Virus record (IMG/VR): IMGVR_UViG_3300013116_000108
Span: 124,001-188,000 of that record
Direction: 5' to 3' (one strand)
Length of the DNA: 64,000 nt
Shown: in pieces, positions 9,101 to 18,722 of the stretch
Layout: every line of letters starts with the position of its first letter
Numbering within the stretch: the stretch's first letter is position 1
Program-made: the position numbers and the translations under genes
Notes under the pieces: model-generated
Databases searched by the model: none
Told to the model about the DNA's origin: nothing
The model's input: only the letters and a program-made list of their open reading frames with translations

Positions 9101-11162
9101 AACCAAAGTAGCCAAGTTTAGCACTTCCGTCATAATATCTAAATTCAATACCTCTGTCTTTACCGTCGTCTGAACCAGGAGCAGAATCACCACCCAATGT
9201 AAAGATTGGATCATCAATAGTTACAGTTGTTGAGTTTGTAGTTGATGTTGTACCGTTAACTGTTAAGTTACCAGTAACAATAAAGTTCTCAGACATAGTA
9301 ATATCTGAACCGCCTCTAGCAATAGCACCACCATTAAATGTCATGCCGCCTGCTGTAAACGTAGATCCGTCGAATGAACCAACTTCTGTGTTGTCAGTTG
9401 TGAAAGTAATCTTTCCATCTGAACCAGTGTCAGTTACAACAACACTTGAATCTAGTTTAGAGATAGTATCACCTGCCGCCGAAACTGCGTTATCCGCATA
9501 GGCTTTCGTAGCAAGGTCTAAGTTATCACTTGGTGAGTAAGAACTGTGAGCTCTAATTTGTAAGGCACCTGCCGCTGTCGCACCAACTGTTAAAACATCA
9601 GTTGCTGTTCCACCAACATTAGCGTTTAATACAATAGCACCATCTTCTGTACTGTTTGTAACGTCAATAGCCTTACCAAGTAATTCAGCAAATTGTGTAG
9701 CATTGCCACCGTCGTCATCACCAGTCCAAGCAATAGAACCTAAAGCATCACCGTCTGCCGGAGAAGCACTATCTTTTACGAAGTGTATTCTTCCGCCTTC
9801 ACCGTCAGCGTTAGTATTCTTAAGTTGAACGTCTGGTTTGGAACCACCGGACTGCTCTAATAAAAGATCAGAACCAATTGTACCGTTAACTGTAATAGTG
9901 TCGCCTGCGGCGTCACCTAAAGTTACAGCACCGTTTAAAGTAGTAAGTCCAGCAACTGTAAGAGTACCGTCAACATCAGCGTTACCGCCCATGTGTAAGT
10001 TCTCAGCAAGTCCTAAACCACCATCAACGATTACAGCACCAGTAGTATTACTAGTTGATGATGTAGTAGCGTTAAAGTTTGAGATGCCTGTTACGTTTAA
10101 AGTATCTCCAACAACTACGGCACCTGCCGCACTTGCTGTAAAGTTACCACCAACGTCTAAAGCACCTTCTGTTACTATTTGTCCGCCTGTATAAATGTCT
10201 TCTGCGACACCTACACCACCGTCAACAATTAAAGCACCAGTTGTCTTTGAAGACGATGCCGTTGTTGCGTTTAAGTTGACAGCACCAGTTACATCAAGTG
10301 TACCACCGACAGTAGTATTACCACTTGCCGCTGTTACAGTAAATTCACTGCCGTCGCCAACTGCGAACGTAGTACCATCAAAGTGTAGGTTAGCGTCATC
10401 TTCGACAACACCACTCGCACCTGCGATTAGTACTCTGTTATCTGTTAAGTCAGAAATTTTAGCACTTGCTAAAGTTACTTCTGACGATGTAGCAGAGAAA
10501 ACTGTAGTTGAATCGATTTCCATTGCTACCGATCCAGTACCACTGTCGTCTACTGTTACTGTTGTATTTCCTTCTACAAGACGTGTACTTGAACCTAGTT
10601 GAGTATCAACATAGGCTTTAGTTGCCGCGTCTTGGTCCGCACTTGGATCAGCAACGCCAGTAATTCTATTACTGCCTAATGCTAAGTTTCCGTTCGGATT
10701 AATTGTAAAGTCTCCTGAGCTAGTAGTAATTCCATTAGCATCAAGAGTGGTATTGTCAACGACCAACGAACCCGCCTGTAAAGCGGCGTACGATGAAATG
10801 GTAATGTTGCCTGCTGTTGATCCAGTTTCTGTAGTAGTCGCTACAACGAATTGATCAGCACTTTCGTCCCAACCAATAAACACGTTTGCGTCGTCACCAC
10901 GTTCTGTGACCATTCCAGAGTCAACTGCTCCAGAGCCAGATGCTCCAGAAGATAGTACCATTAAAGGATCTGCTACTGTAGTATTAGTACTGTTTACAGT
11001 AGTAGTAGTTCCTGAGACCGTTAAGTTACCAGATATTGTTAAATTCGAACCATATGTAATCGAATCAGCAAGTTTACCAGCCGTAATTGCGTTATCCGCA
11101 ATCTTCGCCGTTGTGACCGCCGAGTCGGTAATCTGGTTCGTTTTTATTCTAGTTACAGCCAT
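6165..11162 (-). CDS. Long repetitive tail-fibre/virion fibre protein with C-terminal intramolecular chaperone-like domain
   Basis: Gly/Thr/Ser-rich beta repeats (DAATKAYVD, ANLTFDGTT, GALIVDGGVG); C-terminal ADLAE.Y...GVVT.NPAYLMN...VALVGRVPCKV...IGKALE domain; start ATG 11162 with GGAG SD. Confidence 0.8.
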   Translation of the reverse strand: MAVTRIKTNQITDSAVTTAKIADNAITAGKLADSITYGSNLTISGNLTVSGTTTTVNSTNTTVADPLMVLSSGASGSGAVDSGMVTERGDDANVFIGWDESADQFVVATTTETGSTAGNITISSYAALQAGSLVVDNTTLDANGITTSSGDFTINPNGNLALGSNRITGVADPSADQDAATKAYVDTQLGSSTRLVEGNTTVTVDDSGTGSVAMEIDSTTVFSATSSEVTLASAKISDLTDNRVLIAGASGVVEDDANLHFDGTTFAVGDGSEFTVTAASGNTTVGGTLDVTGAVNLNATTASSSKTTGALIVDGGVGVAEDIYTGGQIVTEGALDVGGNFTASAAGAVVVGDTLNVTGISNFNATTSSTSNTTGAVIVDGGLGLAENLHMGGNADVDGTLTVAGLTTLNGAVTLGDAAGDTITVNGTIGSDLLLEQSGGSKPDVQLKNTNADGEGGRIHFVKDSASPADGDALGSIAWTGDDDGGNATQFAELLGKAIDVTNSTEDGAIVLNANVGGTATDVLTVGATAAGALQIRAHSSYSPSDNLDLATKAYADNAVSAAGDTISKLDSSVVVTDTGSDGKITFTTDNTEVGSFDGSTFTAGGMTFNGGAIARGGSDITMSENFIVTGNLTVNGTTSTTNSTTVTIDDPIFTLGGDSAPGSDDGKDRGIEFRYYDGSAKLGYFGYDNSADAFVYLTDVTNTSEVMSGTAGNIVVGSVTSGTLTDGRVVTAGTNGILEDGAGFTYDGTNVTTTGQYIGAGLDISGAGDVAGDFSVATNKMTVASATGNTVVAGTLDVTGRIDANATTGSTSNTSGALVVFGGMGVAENLHMGGLLDVDGAATVAGTLTSNGATAINGSLTVAGSQTIAMGSNKVTGVADPTSAQDAATKAYVDSATGEVTRLVENNSTATISDTGSNGAFTVELDSTTALSATSAGVTMNSATVSDLTNNRITIAGTGGALEDDANLTFDGTTFSVSSSFTVAHASGNTAVGGTLDVTGKVTAAGHLEVDGTATLADAVIEDLTSGRVTYAGTGGALEDSANLTFDGTTLTTTAAAVDNISIDGNTISSTSGKLLIEGVAGQEIVVNEASADVDFRIESDNDANALFVQGSTGNVGLGTASPTTDATLHISATDSMIIPVGTTAQRPGSPATGMYRFNTTLGTQEIYTGSEWNAGADFTVMTADSFSGNDSTTAFTLSSAGTTSTTLVAINGVVQIPTTAYAVSGTTLTFTEAPATGDTIDARVLTTTSTITDMQDADADTSINVEPTADADEIQFTVAGTSIAKFTSAGLIPNVNSNGTTGHDLGASNAQWKDLYVSSGSLYVNGKQVLQDDSGTITMGTDANQNLSVNGGSGSGKLQLSAGSGIELNRATTMGSGVSISAHADDSATGVLLPDGAKAGNVTVIGNSVKNAVTNENLVLQSNGTGIIQLNDDATCTGNMIVSGNLTVNGSTTTVSSTNTTVEDPLQIWATGQSGSPAYDSGWVVERGSSANVAMIWDESADQFAAINTSEDGTTAGNVTVSSYADMRVATLTGTATAAQYADLAECYAADAEYAPGTVVHFGGTHEVSLCDIDGCKSVAGVVTSNPAYLMNAEMDAENKCSVALVGRVPCKVTGSVKKGDMMVSAGNGMARAEEDPKMGQVIGKALEDHEGEGTIEVVVGRM

Positions 11163-11208
11163 TTCCACAACTCCTTATATAAAAGATTGTAAGGTTTCTT
11201 TGTAATGT

Positions 11209-11215
11209 TATTTAT
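11209..11215 (-). promoter_or_regulatory. Late promoter ATAAATA for long fibre gene
   Basis: TAAATA core in the intergenic gap. Confidence 0.55.
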
Positions 11216-11251
11216 CGTGGATTGGAAAAAGTAATGTATGTAGTTAGAATT

Positions 11252-12529
11252 TTAGTGTAAATCGACCCATGTACTACTAGCATATCCTTGAAACTTATTA
11301 GTTGTAGAATTGTATATTACGGCACCGTTTGACGGTGATAAAGCGTTACGTTGTGTTGTTGTATAACTAGCAAATTGAACTAGTTGACTATGTGTTGTTG
11401 CTGTGCTTGTAACTGTTAACTTGTCTGTTCCTGCTACTTTTATATGAACAGTATCACTATCAGAAGTACGTTCTACTTCTATTTTAGTGTCGCTATCAGC
11501 GTCTTGTATTCTGTCTAAATGTGTTATACTTGTAAACGTTCGAACACTAATTTTATCACCCGTTGCTGGTGCTGTTGTAAATGTTAGTGTTGTTCCACTT
11601 ACTGAAAAGTCAGTTGTTGGAACCTGTACCACACCGTTTAATGATACAAAAACTGTATTGGTAGAAGCACTATTACTTAAAGTAAATGTAGTATCACTAC
11701 CATCACCGTCAAATGTGTCATTTGTTAAACTGTTTGTGTCCGGGTCACCTACTCTAACCCAAGCACTATTTTTATATACTTCAACTATGTCTAAAGTTGA
11801 GTTATATCTAATTTCACCTTCATCTGGTGACGTTGGCCTTTGTGCTGTAGTACCATAAGGTAACTTCATACTTGAAGTAGTATTAATCTTAACAATACCT
11901 GTACCTTGAGGATCTAAAATTAAATCATCATTAGTAGGCGTTGATAATGTAGTGCCATCTGCTGTTATATCTCCTAAAGAACTACTTGCTCCACCAACAC
12001 CAAATGATCCTGTGTATCTTGCTCCTGATACATAAACTGACTTGCCTGTAAAGTTTACACCGTTTGGTAAGTTACTACCAATAAAATGTACAACACCGGA
12101 TTGATAATCAAAGAACCATTCGTCGTTGTTGCCAGAACCTGTAGCAAATACTTGAGTACCTCCACTTGCGGCTGTACCTGCATTTCCTGATGTATGTATA
12201 TAAACTTTTAACTGATAAGTTGAACCTATTTCAGGTGGAATCCAATCTGTTAAGCCTGTTTTCCAAGTTCTATTAGCGGCCGCTGTTCCGTCATTAGTAC
12301 ATTCATCTGGAGCACTTGTAGGATAAACTGTTACTACTGATGTATTTGACCCTGGCATAACAGAGGGTATATCACTTGCTTGTTGCCAAACTTTGTCGCC
12401 TCTTAATAATAGAGGAGATGCTATTGCTTCGTTGGGTGCTTTCTTGGCTGAGTTGGTGTCTGTTTTAGTAGCACCGTAACCGAGCTTCTTCCAAAGATAG
12501 TCTACTTTTTTAGCGTCTGATATAGCCAT
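11252..12529 (-). CDS. Virion structural/fibre protein
   Basis: Shares GTTAQRP...RYN and GDGS.TTFTL...NGVVQ.PTT...TLTFT.APATGD modules with the long fibre. Confidence 0.7.
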   Translation of the reverse strand: MAISDAKKVDYLWKKLGYGATKTDTNSAKKAPNEAIASPLLLRGDKVWQQASDIPSVMPGSNTSVVTVYPTSAPDECTNDGTAAANRTWKTGLTDWIPPEIGSTYQLKVYIHTSGNAGTAASGGTQVFATGSGNNDEWFFDYQSGVVHFIGSNLPNGVNFTGKSVYVSGARYTGSFGVGGASSSLGDITADGTTLSTPTNDDLILDPQGTGIVKINTTSSMKLPYGTTAQRPTSPDEGEIRYNSTLDIVEVYKNSAWVRVGDPDTNSLTNDTFDGDGSDTTFTLSNSASTNTVFVSLNGVVQVPTTDFSVSGTTLTFTTAPATGDKISVRTFTSITHLDRIQDADSDTKIEVERTSDSDTVHIKVAGTDKLTVTSTATTHSQLVQFASYTTTQRNALSPSNGAVIYNSTTNKFQGYASSTWVDLH

Positions 12530-12531
12530 CT

Positions 12532-15500
12532 TTAAGCATCCTCAATCTCTAAAGCAGTAATCGAATCACCACTTACTAATTTAATTCTAACTAGGATAGT
12601 ATTACCTGTAGTGTTAGCCATATTCTCAGAACCAAGTGTTAATGTACTACTTTCATTTGATACTGTTGAACCTGTAGTTACTCTATCTCCTGGTGTATTA
12701 GCACAACCGTTTGATCCGTTACCACCTGCTCCTGTATTACTACCCGGAACACCTGATCCAGCGTAAGTATCTGTAGCATCTATCCAGCCATTTAAACCAC
12801 TAGCACTATCAATAGCAGAGCCAGGTGCCGCAATCCATACCCCTGATAACTTTCCACTAAACTTAAATTTAAAGTTAGCGGCCGGTGTTCTACGGAAAGC
12901 AAAAGTAAAGTATTGAGCTCCACTTCTTCCTGTTGATAAATCAGGACCTGCTGGTAAGTAGCCTGAACTTAAATCTGTTGTATAATGTTGTAATGTTCCA
13001 AATCTACAAATTGCTTCTTGTGTTCCTGCTACTGTAACAGCACCACTCCAAGCATTACTTGTATAATAATTTGTACTTCCTGTGAAACTAGGTGTATCAC
13101 TAGCAGTACCAAAGCCTGTAATTCTTACACCATCATCTGTATGTGTACTTCCGTTACCTAAACTATCTGAAATTGGAATACCTGCTTCATCGTCCATAGA
13201 TAATAATGTATTTGTGTATAACTGAATGTTTGTTGAACCTTCAGAATATGAACTAGTACCATTACAGTTACTAGCCCTTAATTTAATTCTTTGAACTGAG
13301 CGCCTTTGAGTACTTAAAAGAGGTACATTTAAAACGCCTAAAGTATAAGCACCACCAACACCTGTGTTTACTTTTGGTATTCCACTATCTAACATTGTTG
13401 TACTACCATCAATATTAGCGTATGTAAAATTCAAATTAGATATAACGTGTCCTGATGTTCCTTCTTGGTTACTACCTGGATCAACTTCAACTGGAGAACT
13501 TGTATCTTTATATGCTTGTCCTGTAAAGTTGGCTACCGTTGATCCTGTAATAGCAACACTAGGAGAACCTGTATTATAATAAGGTATACCTGAAATATAT
13601 CTAAATACTCCGTCTACTCCACCTGATATTGTTCCTATTGTTGCTGTAGGACTTGACGTCATATCATCTTTAACAATGTGAACTACATTAGTGTTTCCAC
13701 CTCCTGAACTTTCCAGTCTTTGAGCACTAGATCCAATACTATAATCAGATAATGCTTCAGTTATTTTTGCTGTTGCTACAAGATATGCTCTCTGTGGATA
13801 AGAAGAAACTACTTGATCATAATCTCTGTGATTTGTTATTACCAACGTGTCATCTGTTGTATTATTAGCACCACCTTCTGATGTTGTAAAAGTTCTAGCA
13901 CCTTTACTTACATTATTAATTTTTGATGTAAGTGTTTGATTTGTACCATCATAGTGGTTAGTTATAAAGTTTGACACAGTATTTGTGTCGAGTGTAGAAG
14001 TACTTGTATAACGTCTAGATGTTGATGTGCTTAACGAATCTCCTGGAGATTGAGATGTAAATGAACTTGTATTGTCTGTAAATCCATGACATAACTTTGG
14101 TGAACTTCCCTGGTATGAATCATTTAATGTTAAACTCTTAGTACTTAAATTTGCTGGTGCTGACGGTACAGAATTCATTTGGAATGTTATTCCTGTATAT
14201 GAATCTGATTGTGCTGTTATGTCTGGTGTAGCATTTACTGTAAGATTTAAATTATAATTACCTGCTGATTTTCCAGCATAGTTATGAGTTATAGCATTAC
14301 CAATAGTACCTGCTGTCGATCCGTCTTCAGTTGGTGTATCATTAGAACTTCCATCTGCCCAGTTAATTGTATAGTTGGCTCCTGTTACATTAGGACTAAC
14401 AGCATTAGTCATTGTAACTAACGCTCTGTTGTTTCCATCTAAATCTGTATAATCATATATGTCATATTGGTTATCACCACTTCCGTCACTTGTTGTTACA
14501 GCCGATGCTGTAGCACTTGCTCTCATATCAGGTTCAACGTGTACTGTAAAGTTTGATGTAGCAAAAGGTGAACTAGAGTGATCACTTAAAACTTCTAAAT
14601 AACCTGTGTAATCTACATTAGTACCAGCATTTTGTTGAGCATTAGTTAATGTATAAGTGTGACTTAAATTACTTGTGCCTGTATCTCCAGGTTGTCCACT
14701 ACCGGTGTTAACTGTTGTTGTAGTTCCATCACCCCAAGTATATCTGTATTGAATTCCGTATGTTGAATAAGAACCAATAGTTGATTCTGTATTGTTTGTA
14801 AATGTTACAGGGTGTCCACTTGTTCCTGCTTCGTTAATTCCGCTTGTACTTGACAACGATACTGTTGGTGTATGATCATCATAAATTTTATGTGATCTTG
14901 AAAGATCTGTTGGTACATCACTAGGTAGTGCTGTAGTGTGACTATCTAATGTTAATTCTACTGTTCTTGTTTGTTCTTGTTCAGTACTTGCTGTAAACGT
15001 GTGAGCAAGTCTGCCTCCACCTACACCGCCTGCTGAACTATCACTTGATATAACATCATTACTTGATCCATCACCCCATGCCCAAGTGTATTGAACTGTT
15101 GCTCCACTTGTATTTGTTGTATTATTCTGGAAGTAAATTGTAGCACCATCATCCCATTGTGTAATAGGTGAACCACCACTTGAGGCCGCGTATGCGGCAA
15201 AACCTACTACAGGAGTCGCTGTGTATATAACAATATAACTTGCTCTTGTTTTGCTTACACTTGAACCTGTTCCAGTACCATTATGATTTTTTGCTGTTAC
15301 TGTAACAGTAAAAGGTGAATTAGTATTTGAATTGTAAGTATGCGAAGGTGTACTATCTGATGTATTAGTTGTTGCTGTTTCTCCAGTACCCCAATCAATG
15401 TCATATCTTGTTGGATTGCCATCTGCTGTAATTGTAAGTGTTACTGTAGTACCAGCACCGCCTGATGTTACATCTGCTGAAAAATCAATATTTGTAACAG

Positions 15501-15963
15501 CAGTATTATTAATAATATTATTTGATAATTCGTTTAAATCGTCTAATGCTGTACTAATATTAGTAGTGTCTTGCCAGTTATTAATAGCACCTGTTGGATA
15601 TATTGTACTATCATCAGGATAGCTCATTGTAACATCACGTCCTGTTACTAATCCGCCACCTGAAACACTTGTCCAAGATAAATTTCCTGAACCGTCTGTT
15701 GTTAAAACTTGAGATGACCCACCACCTGTAATTGTAATATCTTCAACAGCGCCTAAATCTAAATCACCACCAACCGCACGGATTGATCTTCCTTCTATTG
15801 TTACGTTGTCTACTTGTAAACTTTTGGTGGGGGAGTTTGTGTTTATTCCGATGCGGTCATTGACCACGTCAATGTATAATAAATCTGTTTCAAATGCTAT
15901 ATCTGTGCCTAAACGCTCAAGATTTGCCTTAAGCATGGCGCCAGAAATACGTCCTATGGCCAT
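12532..15963 (-). CDS. Virion structural protein with PKD/Ig-like repeats
   Basis: Four Y.(I/W).W(G/A)(D/T)G...H(T/N)(Y/F) PKD-like motifs; Ser/Thr/Gly-rich; AGGAG SD. Confidence 0.75.
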   Translation of the reverse strand: MAIGRISGAMLKANLERLGTDIAFETDLLYIDVVNDRIGINTNSPTKSLQVDNVTIEGRSIRAVGGDLDLGAVEDITITGGGSSQVLTTDGSGNLSWTSVSGGGLVTGRDVTMSYPDDSTIYPTGAINNWQDTTNISTALDDLNELSNNIINNTAVTNIDFSADVTSGGAGTTVTLTITADGNPTRYDIDWGTGETATTNTSDSTPSHTYNSNTNSPFTVTVTAKNHNGTGTGSSVSKTRASYIVIYTATPVVGFAAYAASSGGSPITQWDDGATIYFQNNTTNTSGATVQYTWAWGDGSSNDVISSDSSAGGVGGGRLAHTFTASTEQEQTRTVELTLDSHTTALPSDVPTDLSRSHKIYDDHTPTVSLSSTSGINEAGTSGHPVTFTNNTESTIGSYSTYGIQYRYTWGDGTTTTVNTGSGQPGDTGTSNLSHTYTLTNAQQNAGTNVDYTGYLEVLSDHSSSPFATSNFTVHVEPDMRASATASAVTTSDGSGDNQYDIYDYTDLDGNNRALVTMTNAVSPNVTGANYTINWADGSSNDTPTEDGSTAGTIGNAITHNYAGKSAGNYNLNLTVNATPDITAQSDSYTGITFQMNSVPSAPANLSTKSLTLNDSYQGSSPKLCHGFTDNTSSFTSQSPGDSLSTSTSRRYTSTSTLDTNTVSNFITNHYDGTNQTLTSKINNVSKGARTFTTSEGGANNTTDDTLVITNHRDYDQVVSSYPQRAYLVATAKITEALSDYSIGSSAQRLESSGGGNTNVVHIVKDDMTSSPTATIGTISGGVDGVFRYISGIPYYNTGSPSVAITGSTVANFTGQAYKDTSSPVEVDPGSNQEGTSGHVISNLNFTYANIDGSTTMLDSGIPKVNTGVGGAYTLGVLNVPLLSTQRRSVQRIKLRASNCNGTSSYSEGSTNIQLYTNTLLSMDDEAGIPISDSLGNGSTHTDDGVRITGFGTASDTPSFTGSTNYYTSNAWSGAVTVAGTQEAICRFGTLQHYTTDLSSGYLPAGPDLSTGRSGAQYFTFAFRRTPAANFKFKFSGKLSGVWIAAPGSAIDSASGLNGWIDATDTYAGSGVPGSNTGAGGNGSNGCANTPGDRVTTGSTVSNESSTLTLGSENMANTTGNTILVRIKLVSGDSITALEIEDA

Positions 15964-16035
15964 TTAATCTCCTCCACCTCTATTCATTCCTGGGTGAGCC
16001 CGGGTATAATATAACAGATAATTCTGCTACAATAT

Positions 16036-16043
16036 TATTTATA
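16036..16043 (-). promoter_or_regulatory. Late promoter TATAAATA
   Basis: Perfect T4 late consensus 72 nt upstream of ATG 15963. Confidence 0.7.
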
Positions 16044-16055
16044 CAATTATAAAAA

Positions 16056-16466
16056 TTAAGATAAAACGCTGGTTGTTGTTGAATCAAAGCCTATAAAGGC
16101 ATAAATTCTGTGTCCGTTTGGAGGAGCACTTGTAAATGTAATATCTCTACCTGAAACAGTATAAGCCTGAGTAGGCTCTTGTGGAACGTTACCTACTATA
16201 ACAATAACATTTTTTACATCTGCTGGTGCTGTAGTGAAAAAATTAGTAAACGTTGTTGTTGATCCGTCACCTGTTGCTGTATCAAGACCCATTCCTAATG
16301 TGCCTTGAGGTGTTACAGATCTAAAAGCAGTACCGTCATAGTATTCCATTCTGTTTGTATCTTCGTTAAAACGAAATGTTCCTTTATCTGGGGAGTCAGG
16401 TCTTTCTGCTGTAGTTCCAGATGCTGTAGAAATTCCTGTTGATTTAGCCTTTAAAAAATATCCCAT
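16056..16466 (-). CDS. Small virion structural protein (fibre module)
   Basis: GTTAERP...FRFN and GDGSTTTF...ITFTSAP modules; likely start MGYFLK at 16466. Confidence 0.7.
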   Translation of the reverse strand: MGYFLKAKSTGISTASGTTAERPDSPDKGTFRFNEDTNRMEYYDGTAFRSVTPQGTLGMGLDTATGDGSTTTFTNFFTTAPADVKNVIVIVGNVPQEPTQAYTVSGRDITFTSAPPNGHRIYAFIGFDSTTTSVLS

Positions 16467-16468
16467 TT

Positions 16469-16777
16469 TTAAATACCTACGTATGAAACAGTAGCATATA
16501 CTGATGAAGCGTGAGAACACAATGCTTGTATTGTATCACCATTTGATAATACAATTTTTTCAGCACTCATAATATATGTGTCGCCGGCATTAATTGATAA
16601 TGATTTAATAATTCTATTTGTAGCATCTGCTGTACCGCTATTTGCTACAAGATGGACATCAATAGTTCTTGCCGAAGCATTATCATTTGTAAAAAATATA
16701 GATGTAGTTGCCGAATCACCACTGCTCGTATAAACTGTACCTATGCTTGTTCCTAAAGTTGCTTTTGCTAACGCCAT
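16469..16777 (-). CDS. Small virion structural protein, 102 aa
   Basis: AGGA SD, in fibre operon, beta-rich sequence (..LSNGDTIQA..). Confidence 0.7.
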   Translation of the reverse strand: MALAKATLGTSIGTVYTSSGDSATTSIFFTNDNASARTIDVHLVANSGTADATNRIIKSLSINAGDTYIMSAEKIVLSNGDTIQALCSHASSVYATVSYVGI

Positions 16778-16786
16778 TTTCTTTTC

Positions 16787-17515
16787 CTAAAATATCAATC
16801 CGTATACGATTGCTTTACTCTTACTTACCATTTCTTGTGCCGAACCTGATGGTGCTTGAACGTAAACTCCTGTTCCTCCACCGCCTGGTGCTTTAGCATA
16901 AACTAATGATTTTCCCGAAACCGCACTCGGATCTGTTGTTTGTGTTAATCTCAAAAGGGCATCTGTAGTAACATTTCCAGTAACGTCTAAAGTAGTTGAT
17001 ACTGTTGCCGCTCCAGTAACTGCCAGTGTTGTACCATCAAAGGTTAAATTTGCTTCGCCTTGTAAAGCATTTGCTCCTGTAACTGTTGTTATAGTATTGT
17101 CTGTAGATCCAGTTAATGCTACACCACCTGCTACTCCATCAACGTATGCTTTTGTAGTTAAGTGTGTTGCTGATGTAGGTGTTCCGCCTGATACTGTTGT
17201 TAATGTACTTCCTTCTTTAAAAGTAAAACTATCAACACTATCATCATATAATATTGTTACATTTGTTGCTGATCCTCTTTCGATTTCAATACCAGCCGTT
17301 GTCGCTGTAATACCAGCACCAGATTCATCTTTATTTAAAACAATAGTGTTATCTGAGATTGTAGAATTAGTTGTTTCTACTTCAGTTGTAGCACCTGTTA
17401 CAATAAGATTACCTGCTACAGTAAGCGAGTGAGTTGTTACGGTAACATTAGAATCTGTACCACTAGTAGTGATCTTATAATGTCCGTCAAATCTTTTCTC
17501 TGAAATTTTTGCCAT
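16787..17515 (-). CDS. Short fibre/structural protein
   Basis: Same GNL.VTG.TT.V...DN.I.LN...GIEIERG, TKAYVD and ANLTFDGTT modules as the long fibre. Confidence 0.7.
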   Translation of the reverse strand: MAKISEKRFDGHYKITTSGTDSNVTVTTHSLTVAGNLIVTGATTEVETTNSTISDNTIVLNKDESGAGITATTAGIEIERGSATNVTILYDDSVDSFTFKEGSTLTTVSGGTPTSATHLTTKAYVDGVAGGVALTGSTDNTITTVTGANALQGEANLTFDGTTLAVTGAATVSTTLDVTGNVTTDALLRLTQTTDPSAVSGKSLVYAKAPGGGGTGVYVQAPSGSAQEMVSKSKAIVYGLIF

Positions 17516-17527
17516 TTTTAATTATCC

Positions 17528-18181
17528 TTATACATTATTTATTTCTTTTTCGAACTGTTCAAACGTGATTTCTCTGTGATTTGAGCATTCTTTCCATTGT
17601 TCTGGCACAAAATTATTCAAAGCACCTATTCTAGCAAAATTTTTATCTGAATATTCTAACATTATTCGTCTAATTTGATCGACCCAGTTCATATAATATG
17701 TTGCGGCCGCTGTAGAAGGCTTGTAAGCATTTGTGCCGGAATATATATTATTAATATCATTGTCTCTATCACCCACACCCATTAGATCAAATCCCATAAA
17801 ATAAATGTATCTGTGACCTTCAAAACAGGCATAAGTTAAAGCAACAGGGCCACTACTATATCCCCAATTATGCTCTATTTTTCTACTATGTATATTTTCG
17901 TAATCAGTATCTTGCCACTTTCTATCCACGTGTGTTTTAATAAGTTTGCCAGGCCGTCTTGTATAAAAAGGAATTTTAGCAGGAATATTTTCTAAAACAT
18001 CAGGATTAATTTCTGATAGCTCTATCTCTTCTCTCATTTTGTCATCAGTAGCAATTAAAACATCAGGGAGAAAATCTCTATATAAAGCGTTACAGCCATA
18101 TATAGTTCCTTTGCCTCTTAATGTATTTAAATCAAAATGAGATCTTGATAATCCGTTGCCAATTACAAATGCTTTATCCAT
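17528..18181 (-). CDS. Maf/DUF115/CstII-like putative glycosyltransferase
   Basis: AFVIGNGLSR...YGCNALYRDF.PD.LIA.D...SSGP.A...YFMGFD; paralog of 5306..6067. Confidence 0.55.
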   Translation of the reverse strand: MDKAFVIGNGLSRSHFDLNTLRGKGTIYGCNALYRDFLPDVLIATDDKMREEIELSEINPDVLENIPAKIPFYTRRPGKLIKTHVDRKWQDTDYENIHSRKIEHNWGYSSGPVALTYACFEGHRYIYFMGFDLMGVGDRDNDINNIYSGTNAYKPSTAAATYYMNWVDQIRRIMLEYSDKNFARIGALNNFVPEQWKECSNHREITFEQFEKEINNV

Positions 18182-18192
18182 TATATACCTTC

Positions 18193-18234
18193 AAAAAAAA
18201 ATGACTGCTAATAATAGTAATTAGCAGTCATTTT
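18193..18234 (-). terminator. Intrinsic terminator after 18256..18633
   Basis: TGACTGCTAAT-7 nt-ATTAGCAGTCA followed by T9 on minus strand. Confidence 0.8.
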
Positions 18235-18255
18235 GAATTATAATGATCTATCTGA

Positions 18256-18633
18256 TTAGATAGCAACTATTGTCATTTTATTAACAGCAGAGTCATCCGA
18301 AATTGACCATGTGTATCTTACACCGTCAAAATCAGTACAAGATCTGTTGTACATTTTTTTGATATTTTTATAAGTTGTAGTACCGTTAATTACAGCAGAA
18401 ATAGACATTTCGTTAGCGCCTAAGTTCTCAGATGCTTTATCAACTAGTGTACATACACCTTCGTTACCTGAATCATCTTTAGCATCATCAACTAAAAATT
18501 TGTTTGATGATCTTTGTGATTTAATCATTCCTTGTACTGAAGCCGAGTTTGAACCTACTTTACAGTTAACATTAATGTTACCTGAATCTGTATCAACTTC
18601 ACCAAAGTGTTTTTTATTTACTGGACGTCCCAT
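18256..18633 (-). CDS. Hypothetical late protein, 125 aa (possible virion component)
   Basis: AGGAG SD, own late promoter and terminator. Confidence 0.75.
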   Translation of the reverse strand: MGRPVNKKHFGEVDTDSGNINVNCKVGSNSASVQGMIKSQRSSNKFLVDDAKDDSGNEGVCTLVDKASENLGANEMSISAVINGTTTYKNIKKMYNRSCTDFDGVRYTWSISDDSAVNKMTIVAI

Positions 18634-18722
18634 TTTTTTCTCCTAAGTTACGTTTTAAGTAATACGCGGTGGGTCAATTCCGCATAAGTCCACACCATTT
18701 GTGGCACGATTTTTGACAGTAG

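Noticed and set aside
7115-15622. Many 70-160 aa ORFs antisense to, or out of frame within, the fibre genes (and similar shadows over head, gp46, gp6 and giant ORFs)
   Set aside because: Shadows produced by codon bias of the real genes; no SD/promoter or protein motifs
6165-17515. Diversity-generating retroelement acting on fibre genes
   Set aside because: No reverse transcriptase and no template/variable repeat pair differing only at adenines seen in this window
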